Shown: piece by piece, positions 1 to 12,490 of the stretch
How the letters are laid out: each line of letters starts with the position of its first letter
Numbering within the stretch: the first letter of the stretch is position 1
DNA from: Acanthaster planci
Lineage: Eukaryota
DNA length: 64,000 nucleotides
Assembly (NCBI RefSeq): GCF_001949145.1
Contig: NW_019091362.1
Coordinates: 1,929,838-1,993,837 of the forward strand
Reading direction: 5' to 3'
Translations under genes and position numbers: made by a program
Notes under the pieces: model-generated
What the model was told of the DNA's origin: nothing
Seen by the model: the letters and a program-made list of their open reading frames with translations, nothing else
Database searches by the model: none

Positions 1-2255
1 GCATGGATTTTAATTTGAGATCGCGGCACAGCGTGTTCTCGTGCAGCACCCACAGCAGGACCGAGAAGCCAAAATGGGAATCTTTTTCTAGAATCTCCAT
101 GAAACGAAGGGCTGGTGAACACATTGGAAAAAGAACAAGTGCTTTAGTAATCTCTGTAGGTAACAGAAACACTGGAGACTGTAGCTTTAAATGAAACAAT
201 TCCTTATGAACACCCTCTTTTAATGAATGGAATATGCGTACAGGCCATTGTACGCACATCACACGCAAACCCCTTCCGGTTGCACTACACCAAATACGCG
301 CCCATAGAAAACAGTGCAGAATTGGACCGAAATAGCGCCGCTTATTGACTCTCGTGAAGAGGTAGCCTCCTTTTTTTCACTGGAAATTCAAGATCATGGC
401 TAGAAGATCACTTTTCGTTTCAAATTTATGGGGTTTAGCCATGGAATGTTTTTATTCGCCTTTCCCCGAAGATACCCCCAAAATAGAAGTAAAACCTAAG
501 CGCTCATTTCTGAATGAAGCCACCAGCTTCTATTCAAAATAGGCCCGCAATTTGGGGCTTTTTGTGACAGAAACACCCCGAACTGGGAACTATTAATCCA
601 AAATTCGGGATTTATAGAAATATATAATTACCATTCTCAACCCTGTGCTTTCATGGTCAATTGAGGGCGTTGTTAGTGTGACGTAATCTTAGGACACAGA
701 TTTCTGTTTGAAAGAACCCAGAATTTACTTATTGAGAACATTTCTAAGCTTATTTCTGTGCACATAAAAACAATGAATCACCAAAGACCGAAAAAATTGG
801 TCCTGCAAAGTCTACCAAAATGCAGGACTTTTTAGTGTTCAAACAATGTAACATTGATGATTTCTTTCTGGGATGATATCACAGTTTGTCTCATGAATAT
901 GGAAATATTCATCATCACTAAACCAAAAAGGCAATAAAAATAGCCTTTGAAATAGTAAAAAGCTTAAAATAAGGTTAAATGGAATACAAAGGTTAAAGGT
1001 GCATTTCGAGAATTTATAAAGCAAACTGATTGCAGCTACCCTTTAAAATTTTATTCTTTTTACGAGTCCATAATGTCCTGGTAAGTGGAATTAATTGAGT
1101 CTCGGGTCTTTAGGTATTTCTCTGTGCACTTGGTATGTCATTACTATGCTCTGAGTCAAGGTATTAGTTTCATAATACAAAATGTGGGGTCTAATTTTCT
1201 GTATCTCTGCCACAGGTGATGTATAATATCACCCGATTCATTATTAAATAATGCCAATTACATGCACTTGCCAAACAAATAACAAGCTTTTGATCCGACT
1301 GAACGACATTTTTCAGTCCCATCACACAGGTCAGGTGTAACAGGGACACAAAAATATCTTTTTGGGTACTTTTGGGCCTCAGTTTTTGAGTGATCCATAA
1401 ATGCATACAGACCTATAATACTTACACTCAAGTGCTGTTCGCCCTGTTGTTTTAGATAAGACAAAAGTCCAGTGAATCGATATTGGACGTGGTGTCAAAT
1501 ATCTATAATCCTTTCCAGATGGGTCGTCCAAGGTGTGGAATTGTTTCAAATGCATTTAAACAGATTTATGTTGTTTATAAAGTGTTGCAGTTTATGATTT
1601 GAGGCTTCACGTATATAACCATTGTTATTAGATGTCGATAAATAAATAATCAATTTTGAACAAGTCTTTGTCTAAATAATCAGGACACAAATAATGTCCT
1701 GGTAAGTGAAAACAATGTGTCCCAGGAAACTGCGATGCCCTAAGGAAAGGTCACATTTGGCTGGGTCACACGAGATGTTGTTTTTCACGTGGCAGCAGTG
1801 AAGACCCCTATGCAGCTGCCGTGAAACCATCTTTACTTCCGAATTTTGTGTTGTCGTGCAAATAAACTACCAAAAAGTATCGCGTTCAAAGCAGTAGCGG
1901 AGCCTAAACATCGGAAGGGAGTGGACGCACGAACGTACACCAGAAAGGGGTAACAACATTTCCAGAAATGTGAAAGCTTTGGAAAATCATAGATATTTCA
2001 AAAAAACTATGGCCGGAAGAGCAATTGTAATATCTAATTAGAGCTTTGGTCATTTCATACAAATACCTCTGGTAGAGGTCGAGTGCAGGATCGAGTGAAT
2101 CAAACCTATTCGAAGAATGTTGAATATGAGTATAGCATTTTGAATTTTGAAATTGGTAATTGGAATGCTGGATTTTAAACAAAAAATCGAATAATCGATA
2201 CTTTTACCCTGATGCAGGTCATAACACCCCAAAGGCGGACTCCGAAGCCTTCAAG

Positions 2256-5200
2256 ATGGCGGCTTCCGGTCTAGTTGTTCTGATGCTGGCTGTGACTTTT
2301 GCGAGGATAACCGCTGGTAAGAAAGCAATATTTTTCTTGAAAGTAGAATCTGCTTTCATGTCATTTGATAAAAGAATTTAATGACGATTCGTCCAGTTTC
2401 AGTCAAGATAAAGATTTCTCAACAAGAATCCCTTTACTGAACGACTTTGTCACTAATTTGTGATTAGGTTGATTAAACATGTGACCTGTTTCCACGAAAT
2501 CCGTACAAAGATGCCGAAAGTTAATTTTTTTCACGTATTTTGATACTCGAGGTCATTTAATTCTCCAATAAATATAAAATGGTTACTTACTTCTTGCTTG
2601 CCCTGATAATACTTGGAGAAGGGATTCAGAGCCCATCATTTTCCAATCAATCAAAAGTTAACTTAAAAACATTTTGTTCTGTTGCATTTTGTCCCAGTTC
2701 GTTGGGAAACATCAGTATCGTAAAAGACACTTCTTACATGACAGAAATTTTAAATTTTCAAACCTCCTAAAATTCAGCATGTTCTCAACACTGTTGGATG
2801 GTCATTTACCGTTCAAAATCACATGTATTTATATTTATTACTAAGCACCACTAGAGAGCCATATGTGTCAACTGTTCCAAACTGAGAAGAATGACGGTTT
2901 ACAGTGGCACCCGAGTCTGCTACCGGCATCACATTTTCAAATAAACTTCAGGTAGGCGTATGCCAAGGATACACAGTGTGAGTGTAGGGATTTGCTAAAC
3001 GTGTTTCAATATTTCACATCGTCAAGTTAAATTGTAACTTACGGGCACAAATTTGATCAGTACAAACTTGAGGTATAATAAAATCTTCCTGTCTAAGGAA
3101 ATGGAGGAAACATTCCTATATCCCATAATGTAAAACACCGACCAGTAGACGAATACAGTCATAGAGAATTCCATTAGTTTTTACTAAACTGGCCACTGCC
3201 TCGTTTTGTATTGATTCATAACCTGTTGTGTTCCTAATGATCTTTATAAGCGAAAAGAAAAATCCAGCGCAAAAATATCCTGTTTATATTAAAAATGCAC
3301 AGGGGTGAATGTTGCCGAGTGCCACTCATTCATTAAATTTTGTCAGTTTCTTATTATCATTCATAAGGTCACGACACATTTGTTTGGTTGGAAGCTTTAA
3401 GAAGTCGTGTGGTATAAACCTCTTTCAATTTGCAAGGCGGTTTAAAAAATACAAACTCGCGATTTGTTCATTTTTCCAGAGTGTTTGCGATTGCTGATGT
3501 CCATATTGTTTTGGCTGAAAACACGGAAGATGGTAGCGACAGAGTTATTATCAGTAAGTTCAAACCTTTAGCTTTTTCAATAGATGACCTTTTGATTTAA
3601 TGACCAGTGTAGCATGCCCTAACAAACTCTATGAATGTGTGAAGGTCGGGCATCGAAGGGGAATCTTCATTTCGATCTCGATACTTCAATATATATGTAT
3701 CGATAAGGCCAAGAGAAAGCAAAGTGATAGAAAGAAAAGACTGATGAATTAAATGAAGGCAATTCCAATGTGAAAGACTGTAACTGACATTGACCTCGAC
3801 CTAGGATATGCCTCTAAACATCTGAGAGGAGGATGAAAAAAATTCCAGAGTATGTCATAGGCCAGTGAAAGGAAGTCAGAATACATCCTGACACGGCCTT
3901 TAAAGATTTGTGACGGTACTGATTTGGAAGGGTGATATTAGCAGATAACAGTGTTCTCTGGAATGATTTCTTCACAGCCCTGGGGGACAAAATGAATTCG
4001 GAGTCTTCAATCTACCGCCCCCTTCAACCAGGTAAAGAGAGCAAGGCAACTCCATATGAACTGAAGTGTGATCGGCTCAGCGAATACTGGGTGCAATTTG
4101 AATCAAGGTAGGAGGTTGTAATCACCCTTTTCTTTCAAATCATTTGACCTCTACAACTTCACAGTTCAGATTATTAAAATGTGCTTACAGTATTTATACA
4201 GAGATAACACCCTTTAACAGATAAAGATTTGACTATAAAACATAACTTTTTTGTGACATTATAACTGAACGCTTAACAAATAAAGAGCAAGTTTGAGATT
4301 TTTTTGGAAAGGAACGCACCATATTTTTTTTTCAGAAAAATTTAGTGGCAATATTTCACTTACATAATGTATACAATGGGACTTTTTTACCAGATCTGTT
4401 AAAGTTGGACGAGTGGGCGAACGATTTGCCTTTCTAACATACGACTTGGATCCAAAGAGACCAATCACTCCCAAGTTTCTGGGATTTGGAACGAGCATCT
4501 TGAGTGTAGGAGTCTTTAGCTTTGGTGCATTCAAGGAACACGGGCGTAAGTCAAATAATAACCAGAACAATTGCACAGCCGACCTATATGAATTAGTTTT
4601 GGTTCTGAAGATTATGCTGTGGAGCCAGAAGATACGGGTGGATTGTGAACCCCTCGAAATCTCAAATGACATTTCATATTTCAACCCACGCGCGTTTTGT
4701 GGTCGAGGAGACTTTTAAGTGGAAACATTATTTGAAATATGAATCACCAAAGGCAACAAGTGGTTAACCGTAAAAGGTTCACGAGTGAGGCTTTTGCATC
4801 GGCATTCACATGATTGTTTTTTTCAGTATCCTATCCTGCGGTTTTGTTGCCAAACATGTCTGGAAATTGGGATTTCAAGCTATTCATGGTGACAGATAAC
4901 TAAGGTGGAAAGCTTGCGGTAGCACCATGCAAGGATACGATCTCCTTGTGAGTCTGTATGGCACTGAAAAGAGCCGTGAGGAACTCAACGATTCGGACAG
5001 TATGCTCTGTCCGTCGTCAGGAGACCGACGACGGACAGAACCATACAGACTCACAAAGAGATCGTATCCTTGCATGGTGCTACCGCAAGCTTTCCACCTT
5101 AGATGTCTGGAAATTGATGAGACATTATTTTCACATTGTAAACTGGAAGAGTTCATTCAGATTCACATTTCATCAGAAGCATTTGTAAGGAAATACCATC

Positions 5201-7621
5201 AAGTAATCTAAGTGTAGATGAGATTTACCGATAGTATTGTATTCAAAGCAAGGATGTTTGACCCAAAAGGTCAGCATTTTGGAGCTCAACTTTGGAGTCC
5301 CATTTTTGAAGTTTGTGTGCATACATATTTATGAGTATGCAAATGGGCGGGGGGAGACAAAAGAGGATCCCGCCTACCCAAGGCGGTCCGATCCCTTCCC
5401 AATTACGCCGCTGTTTGTCGAGTCCTCGTGACTAAGAAATTCACCATTGATTAACTTAACCTATCTGTAAAAGTGTCTTGGTTCAACTCTAGCTAAATTC
5501 AGTGACCACGTGTTCGTGACTGACAAGGGCTACTGCTACGAATGGATCCTGCGCCCGTGGCCCAAGTCAAGAAAAGTCTGTTTCCAAGTCAAATCCGAGG
5601 GTGTAGCAGCTGTTGCCCTCTCGCCAGTCAGGGACCCGAAGGCTGGAGAACTGCTCTATGAAATTGGTGAGTCAGCAACCAAACCTGTAGCTTGTGTTGA
5701 TTTTGGTCGATAAGTCGTTTACGGGCTATTCATAATAGTGCACCTCCAAGAGTCTGCAACGCACTGGCCAATCACAACGCGCGAAATCTGTTGACCCTTT
5801 TCAAACGCTTATTGGGTCGATAGAATCCGTGCACTATGATTGGTCAACACGTCGCAAGCTCTTGGAGGCGCACTTTTGTGAAACGCGCGTATTGAAAAAG
5901 CAAAATCGTTCATCGGCATTGCCAATCACTTAATATTAATTTATTAATTCCATTCGTGTAATAAAATAACTAGCTGCTTCAGCTAATGTTTTAAAGTAAA
6001 TTTCAACTTCATGAAAAAGCGCGAGGCCATGTAAGTTTTCCATCCTTTATCTGCTTTGACATTGGACCTCTCCCTCAAGTGAGACTTACTTGGAAATCTC
6101 TCCAACAATGTATTTTATAGAAAGGTGATGGACACCAAAGAATAAATCACAATAAGGATTCAACTTTGCATGGACAGACACAACAATGCAATTTATTGGG
6201 AATGTTGGACCTGCTCATTCAATGTAAGCAGCTTATAATGGGGAGCAAATATAAGGGCAGAAGACTTGTAATTTATTAGCTATTTTTATGATAAATTGGC
6301 CCAATGTTGAAATGAAATGTGCACTCTCGCCATGCTCTAGAATTTGGCTTCTCGAACAACCAGATGACTGTAGTCCGTCGAGGCTTGCATGGGCCAAACG
6401 TTGAGGAGGAATCCACTCCGGATATCCTTGACTGTGAAGAATTCCGCTCTTTCTGTATCGAGGCGAGCGGTCCACACATCATTATCACAGCCCCAGGATC
6501 CCCCAAGCCAATCATGGACTTTGTGGACAGCGAACGGTCCGAAGTCATGTACCAGTACATCGGCTTTGCCGGCGGCTACGAGTTCGAGGTGTCGTGGAAA
6601 TGGCAGGAAGACATGATTCCAGGTAGGATATTTAACAGAACTTCTATTTGTGACATAATATTGCCCCTTGTATTGTCCCTTGTAAGCTTGCAATGTTTGT
6701 ACTTGATCTAGATTGTCTCATTGCTGACTGAAAACTGGTTCCTGACTGGGGACCCGCTTGAGGGACTCATTTCGCTCAAACAAGAACTTGTATTTTACAA
6801 GACTGTATAAGCTCTTAAACACTCCCTTGATTCATTCTTGAGAGTTGACCAACCTGTTCAAGTGAATATTTGATATTCGGTTTTCTATTTCCCTTTGCAG
6901 ATTATACGATCCCAGAATGTAAGTGCAAATCACATGCTTCAGAAATCATTTTTCTCGACTATACTGCGGCCTAAAACCCACCATAGCGGTATCTTCTTTT
7001 ACCCTGCTTGAGGGTCCCACTTGGAAACCTCGTTCTCTTCACAGAAACTTGGTGTTATAAATTTAAAAGCGGGTGGAAAGTGTTGTCTGAAGCTAAATGT
7101 CTTGAAAAATACTTGCTGGGAATTCAAATCTTAGAAGGCTATTTCGATCGAGCGGAAACAGTATACGCCTTCGTTTTTTTACCTATATAATTGGACTGAG
7201 TCCCCTCTCATCTTCAGAGAATTGAAATTTAAATTTCAACGTGTTGGTAGATCGAACCAAACTTTAAATCCAAACAAAAAATCAACTGCAAGTGTTTTTT
7301 TTATTTACTCAATTTTCGGATATGCCAAAAGAAATAATTGCGCTTTGGCATCAACAATATTTTTTTCTGTCACAATTCGGTTCTGTTTTACTGATCATTC
7401 AGTACAAATTACTAAGATACAGCAGACAAGTCCACATTTCAGAATGAAAATCACAGTTAAATCCGGGGCGGGAAAGTCCACTTATCTCATAGCCACCGTT
7501 TAGATACCTCAACGGAGAAGATTTTTGAGCGACAATAGTGGTGTCGAAGCAGGTGGAGGTCTCCGCCCCATCAAGCGGGTTGAGAATTGCCGGTGTCAAG
7601 CCAACGGTCCAGAGTCTCTGA
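2256..7621 (+). CDS. Gene A: secreted protein with two FAMeT-like (Methyltransf_FA) domains, ~359 aa, 9 coding exons
   Basis: Exons 2256-2316 (signal peptide MAASGLVVLMLAVTFARITA), 2846-2951, 3480-3553, 3978-4107, 4394-4545, 5493-5666, 6341-6622, 6901-6918 and a probable last exon 7539-7621 (LVSKQVEVSAPSSGLRIAGVKPTVQSL*, AATAAA at 7680). All junctions are GT-AG and frame-consistent. Domain 2 (CFQVKS..VAL..LYEIEFGFSNNQMTVVRR..STPDILDCEEFRSFCI..PIMDFVD..YIGFAGG) matches the FAMeT-domain pattern as I recall it. The last exon is uncertain (alternative 7403-7503). Confidence 0.85.
4900..5102. mobile_element. Palindromic MITE-like element with ~62-bp near-perfect arms
   Basis: 4900-4961 is the reverse complement of 5041-5102 with one mismatch. 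Inner 13-bp hairpin TCTGTCCGTCGTC/GACGACGGACAGA. TA at both ends. Confidence 0.85.
5720..5891. mobile_element. Imperfect palindromic MITE family (other copies ~48407-48494 and 54361-54468)
   Basis: Arms ATAGTGCACCTCCAAGAG..GGCCAATCA / TGATTGGTC..CTCTTGGAGGCGCAC. The motif GATTGG..CAAACTCTTGG..GGCGCACTA recurs at the other two sites. Confidence 0.75.
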
Positions 7622-8640
7622 ATTTTCTGATTCACTGACCAGTTCACTCCAGGAAGGAAATGGGTCCACTCGTAAAACAAATAAAGGTGAGCAGACATAC
7701 ACGCCCTCACATCTGAGTACTGACTAAAACTTCGTTGACGTAGTTTACTGGTAACAACCCTTCATTCTGTGATTGACGGTTCGGCATGTGACGTTTAAGG
7801 CCGGGGCACAAGTCTGTTCAAAGACTGAAATTTGACGAACAGCAGAAATTGCATGTGCATTCTTGTCAGACCAGATTTGTCAATATTCGTTACAGCTCTG
7901 TTCCTGTTCTAACCTTGGCAACAAGCAAAATTCTAGCTGTCGATTTGGGGGTTCATTGCAATCCTTGCCAAGCAGATTCAAATCTCTGGTCGTATAGATA
8001 GCGGCGTGGTCTAGTCACCAAGGAAGTTCCTTTCCGGTAAGTCGTATGATGTTTTCATATTATTGCTAACATTGATGACGATTTCTATTGCTCAACGGCC
8101 CGACGTTCAACGATCCAGTAACATTTTGAATGACGTAATTTGTGTGTGTGTGTGTTGAATCCACAGTACTATTTAACATTTCCAAGATTTTTACCGCATG
8201 TTTGATTTTGCCAACTCAATCTTCCAAGTCGCAGTTTCCGGTGCATTTCCCTCGACGTCAAAATCTAATTAGTCAAATATAAAACAATTGAGGGGATTTA
8301 TAATTGTGATCTTGAAAAGTTACTGAGAGAATTCCCATGTCTTAGCTACATTTCGACCATGACATGACCATTCCAAGGTGTTTTACCAGTTGTAGAAGAT
8401 ATATTGTGAAAACAAAACCAAGCTTGGGTAACGAGGGTAAATCATTAATGGGAACTTATTTAATCTCCAAATGATGATATGTATTGTGCATTTACCAAAG
8501 TGGGCGCTGTTTGTAGAATGTACACAAACTCACTACTCCTGGGTTATTTTCCCCGTCAAATTAATAATTTGCGCCTGGCATAACTGGAGAAATAAATTAA
8601 GTTTGACAACCGTTCTCTGGTTTATGTATACAGGCTATGT

Positions 8641-8739
8641 ATGGTAGCCATCTTGCACGGCAGTTCTTTCGTTCCACAGGGAACCTCCTTTGTGCATGCC
8701 TTGTGGAACAAAAGCGCTGGCCCTCAAGATGGCAACCAT
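8641..8739. repeat. Nested imperfect palindrome, likely an old MITE
   Basis: Outer arms ATGGTAGCCATCTTG / CAAGATGGCAACCAT; inner arms GTTCCACAGGG / CCTTGTGGAAC. Confidence 0.5.
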
Positions 8740-11700
8740 GCAAACCGTCGAGAAGCTGTTGCAATAACGTGGCAACAATATGCGATGGCATTAAAACTTC
8801 ATCGAATATTACATAAGATAGCTCTCCGCCTAAACTACTGTAAAAAAGCGATACTGTATAAACCACAATAAAGATTTCTTGTTTTATCTATATCAGATTT
8901 CCCCACTTGAATAGCGTAATTTTTATTCGTCAAAGTTTCCAAAAGAAGCGTAGGGTGGGGCAGAGCATCGTTAGCTTCTTGTTAAACTGATCGTTGCATA
9001 TTCACAGCGCACTGCTTCTGTTATGATGACTATAGTCCTGCTTTCAACCGACAGTCGCGTTATTCATAAAATCTCTGCTGTGAGCGAATGAACAACCAAC
9101 AGGTAAAAGGTCACAAGTTTCCTCCACTTAATTAACAGGGGCACTTTATGAATACTCACATGACAAGCCGTTTATACTTGGTTCTCGATTCCTGTATTCA
9201 CGAACTGATGTCTGTGCGCAGCTCAGCACGTAAAGCTTTCCTATTGGCTAATGATGTAATGCCCGTGATACACGTCAGTACTGAGCTCCGTCAAGCTGTA
9301 AGGTTCGTATTATAAACACACTTCTTTGATGGGCAAATAACTTCGAATAGGATATTCATGGAAAACCCGCGCAATCTAACATTTCAATCATGCTGTCGTT
9401 ATTGAAAAGTAAACATTCTTCATTGATGAATGTAAAATGACTTCATTTTGGAAAATGCTGCTAACAACTGTGTTATACTTATTGCAATGTAAGTCTTCTT
9501 TAGACAAATGTAATCTGTAGAGACCAACCATTTTCCAGGTTATATTCAATACATTTTATCTGGATACACAATTTGAGACGCATTACCTCTAGATCTATTC
9601 CATCAAATTGTCATACTTACAGGCAAAGTATGATAACTTTGAAAGCAGAAAACCTGTAAATCTCACTAAAATAATTTCATATTTTTAAAATAAGGAGTTT
9701 AAGATAAAATTTGACAACATTCCGATGTCTATTCCGCTAACACAAGTACTTAAATCAAACCCTGCGTATTTTTTTCTTGAGTATTGTATCCTGATCACTG
9801 CAAACTTTACTAGGTTAATATTGAAAACAAACTGTCATTGTATTCTTATGGGAAAACGTGACAAAGCGTCAAAAGTAAGGGAAATCGATTGATAAAACAA
9901 AGAAATCTCTGAACAGATTAAAATCAATGACAACATGGCCGATCACTGTGAGAGAGCGCATTAGCCTTCACAGCAGATGTGTAAATGCGACGCTTGTTAA
10001 AATGAACCACTGCTCAGACGAGTCGCGCGTAGTTGAGCTACCTTCATGCGGTAAGTCATTCTTAATCATGCACATGTGTAATGCTTAAGAGCTGCTTCTG
10101 TTTCCAAAAACATGGTTTCCATATTAGAACGAATAAAAACATGGCCAATTGCCACCGTTAGAACAGCGTTTTAGGAGCTTGGGAGCCAACATTGCTGAGC
10201 TTGGGGCATGAGTTTAAAACCGACTGGGAAAAACGCTGTTTAAAAATAGGCCCCTAAATGCCCATCATTAATAACAATGTCTTGTACATGGGTTTAAATT
10301 GTTTTAAGATGGTTATGGGTTTCGTGGCAACGGTAAAGATGTGAAATGTGATTAGTAACTGGACACTCTGAGGAAAGGCGCATTAATCAGAACCTGTCGT
10401 GGGTGAACAACATCCACTTTTTTCTGTCGTTAATCCTTTAAAATATGCTTTGTTCTTGGGGCATTGTTTCAGTCAACTGCATTGTTATCTGCTCAAGGAT
10501 TCAACATCTTTTCAGCAAACTGAGAAAATAGGCCAAAATTCGTGTGTGCTTTTGATTTTTGAACGATATTTAGCATGGTTCAGTATTATGAAAGTTGTTT
10601 TAACCAGCTATTCGAAAACTTGTGTTTAAGCTTTTTAATGGTACCTTTGACTTAAGCTGGAATGAAAATAGTTATGAGGCATAGAGAATATCGTATCTGC
10701 ATTACACCAGGTACAAATAAATTGAGAACCGTAATACGTGCATCTTTTATAAAAAAAAAAGTAAGATAGTTCAACGATCAAGGCTGAACGATAAGTCGGG
10801 TCTTGCGCTCAGTTATAAAACTTCCAATTGCCTTGTTCCCCATGTGTATTGGTAGGATATGAATCGAAGGCGCGGTTTTACGAAGTGAAGCATTAAACCC
10901 CTCACTTTTTTGACCAGGGGCTCCCCGAATTTCGCATGCCCCTTTTATTATTCATTTTGAGATAGGTTTGTTTGGTTGTGTTTAATTTTTCTAATTTCCA
11001 ATTCAATTTTGTGAATTCTTTACTAGTTTAAATCCAACTTTTGCCACCCTTCATCTGTGTTTTATGTCTTAACATTCATTCTTATGTACTTGATATTCTA
11101 ACTCCTTTGTTTACGTAACCTTCACTTTACATATTTTTTGTGTCTGTCTTACCTTTTAACGTTTCAACTTCTAATCCGGGGAATTTTATACTGGACGCTG
11201 AAGTCTATTTCAAAACCCTAAACCTTTTTTTAAATAAATAAATAAATAACCAAATAGATAAAATTAAAATAAAACAGCACTTACTGTTCACCTGCAGGGG
11301 TAGTGCATAGATTTTGTAGAAAGGCTATATTGCCTTCAAATTAAAATGTTATAAGGCCTTGGCCTACGACATGTAAGTCCAGGAAATTCAGAAAGCCGTT
11401 TAAAAGGCTGCAAGACGGCAAAGGTCGGAGCATAATTTGAATGTTGACCCACATAATTTCTGCCACGTGCAATTTTGGGTCTAGAACAATGCACACCTGA
11501 CCCGAAAAACAAAAACGAGCGTTGCGTGATAGTGTGGTCGTTTGTTTGCGCTTAGACTTCTCCAGTGTGTTGAGTTTGTCCGAAACTAAAATTTAATGGG
11601 GTTGAACGGAGCTACGCTCTTAATTCTATTTTTTCGGCGCGACTCTAGAACGCCTGTCTGAACCACGCGCTACTCCCCAGATATATCCTTCGATTGCGTG

Positions 11701-12490
11701 AAAGTAATAATTCGAAAAAATGTCGATTTATTGGAAGTTGTTTTCTTTTTAAAATAACAAGGTTAGGCGTAATCAATAAGCTCGCTTCCCACGCTTTTAC
11801 AATAAAAAGATTTAGCCGCAAGGACAGGTGGATGACAGACTGATTGTTCGAATGTGTTATGCAGCCGTGAACTCATCGCACGATACCGGATATGTAGAAA
11901 TAAAGAGATATTGCCACAGTCTACGTTGTTCTACATTGAGAGATTTCTTCTTAATTGACTGTGGTTTGGACTGTGTATTGCGTAAGCAGCAGTTCCTTCC
12001 AATTATTCTAAGATTTCTTTGATGTTGACGAATTTTTGAATGTCATTTTATTTCTTTTCATTTTAAGGAGAGGTTGAAGAGGGTATTAATTAGAAGCATT
12101 AAACTTCTACAGCATTTGAGGCAGGAAAACTAACTCGAGGCCTGTCAGACTATTTATGGGTAAGCGCGAGAACTATTGACCAGAACTAAGCTCCTTTACG
12201 TACATTGCATCGCTTTGGGATTTCTTTGGAGGTTGAAAAGGCAAAATCAAGCAGGAGGTAATAAAGTACGTCCCCTTTCACTTGTCTCTCGTTTAGTGGC
12301 GAATAGAGGATGGAACTCAATACAAATTGGTTCCAGCTCTGCGGAAGTATAGAGCGTATCAGAATTACAGCAGTCTCTACAAAGTACGTGTGGACCTTTT
12401 TAAAATTCCAACAACCTCTGATAGAATGAACAAATTTAAATGTCTTTTTTCCAGTTTAGCCGGCCCTTGGTGTCCTTTCGGACCGCCAAG

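Noticed and set aside
4884..5211. Paired ORFs on both strands sharing MQGYDL..
   Set aside because: Produced by the inverted repeat.
7403..7638. Alternative gene A last exon (7403-7503) with possible TAG readthrough into ..RVENCRCQ..
   Set aside because: No supporting homology. The 7539-7621 frame has more coding-like codon usage. The choice remains unresolved without cDNA.
9240..10056. CCAAT/TATA-like motifs and a strong donor at 10051 as the gene B promoter and 5' UTR exon
   Set aside because: Such short motifs are common by chance in AT-rich DNA and cannot be supported without 5' transcript data.
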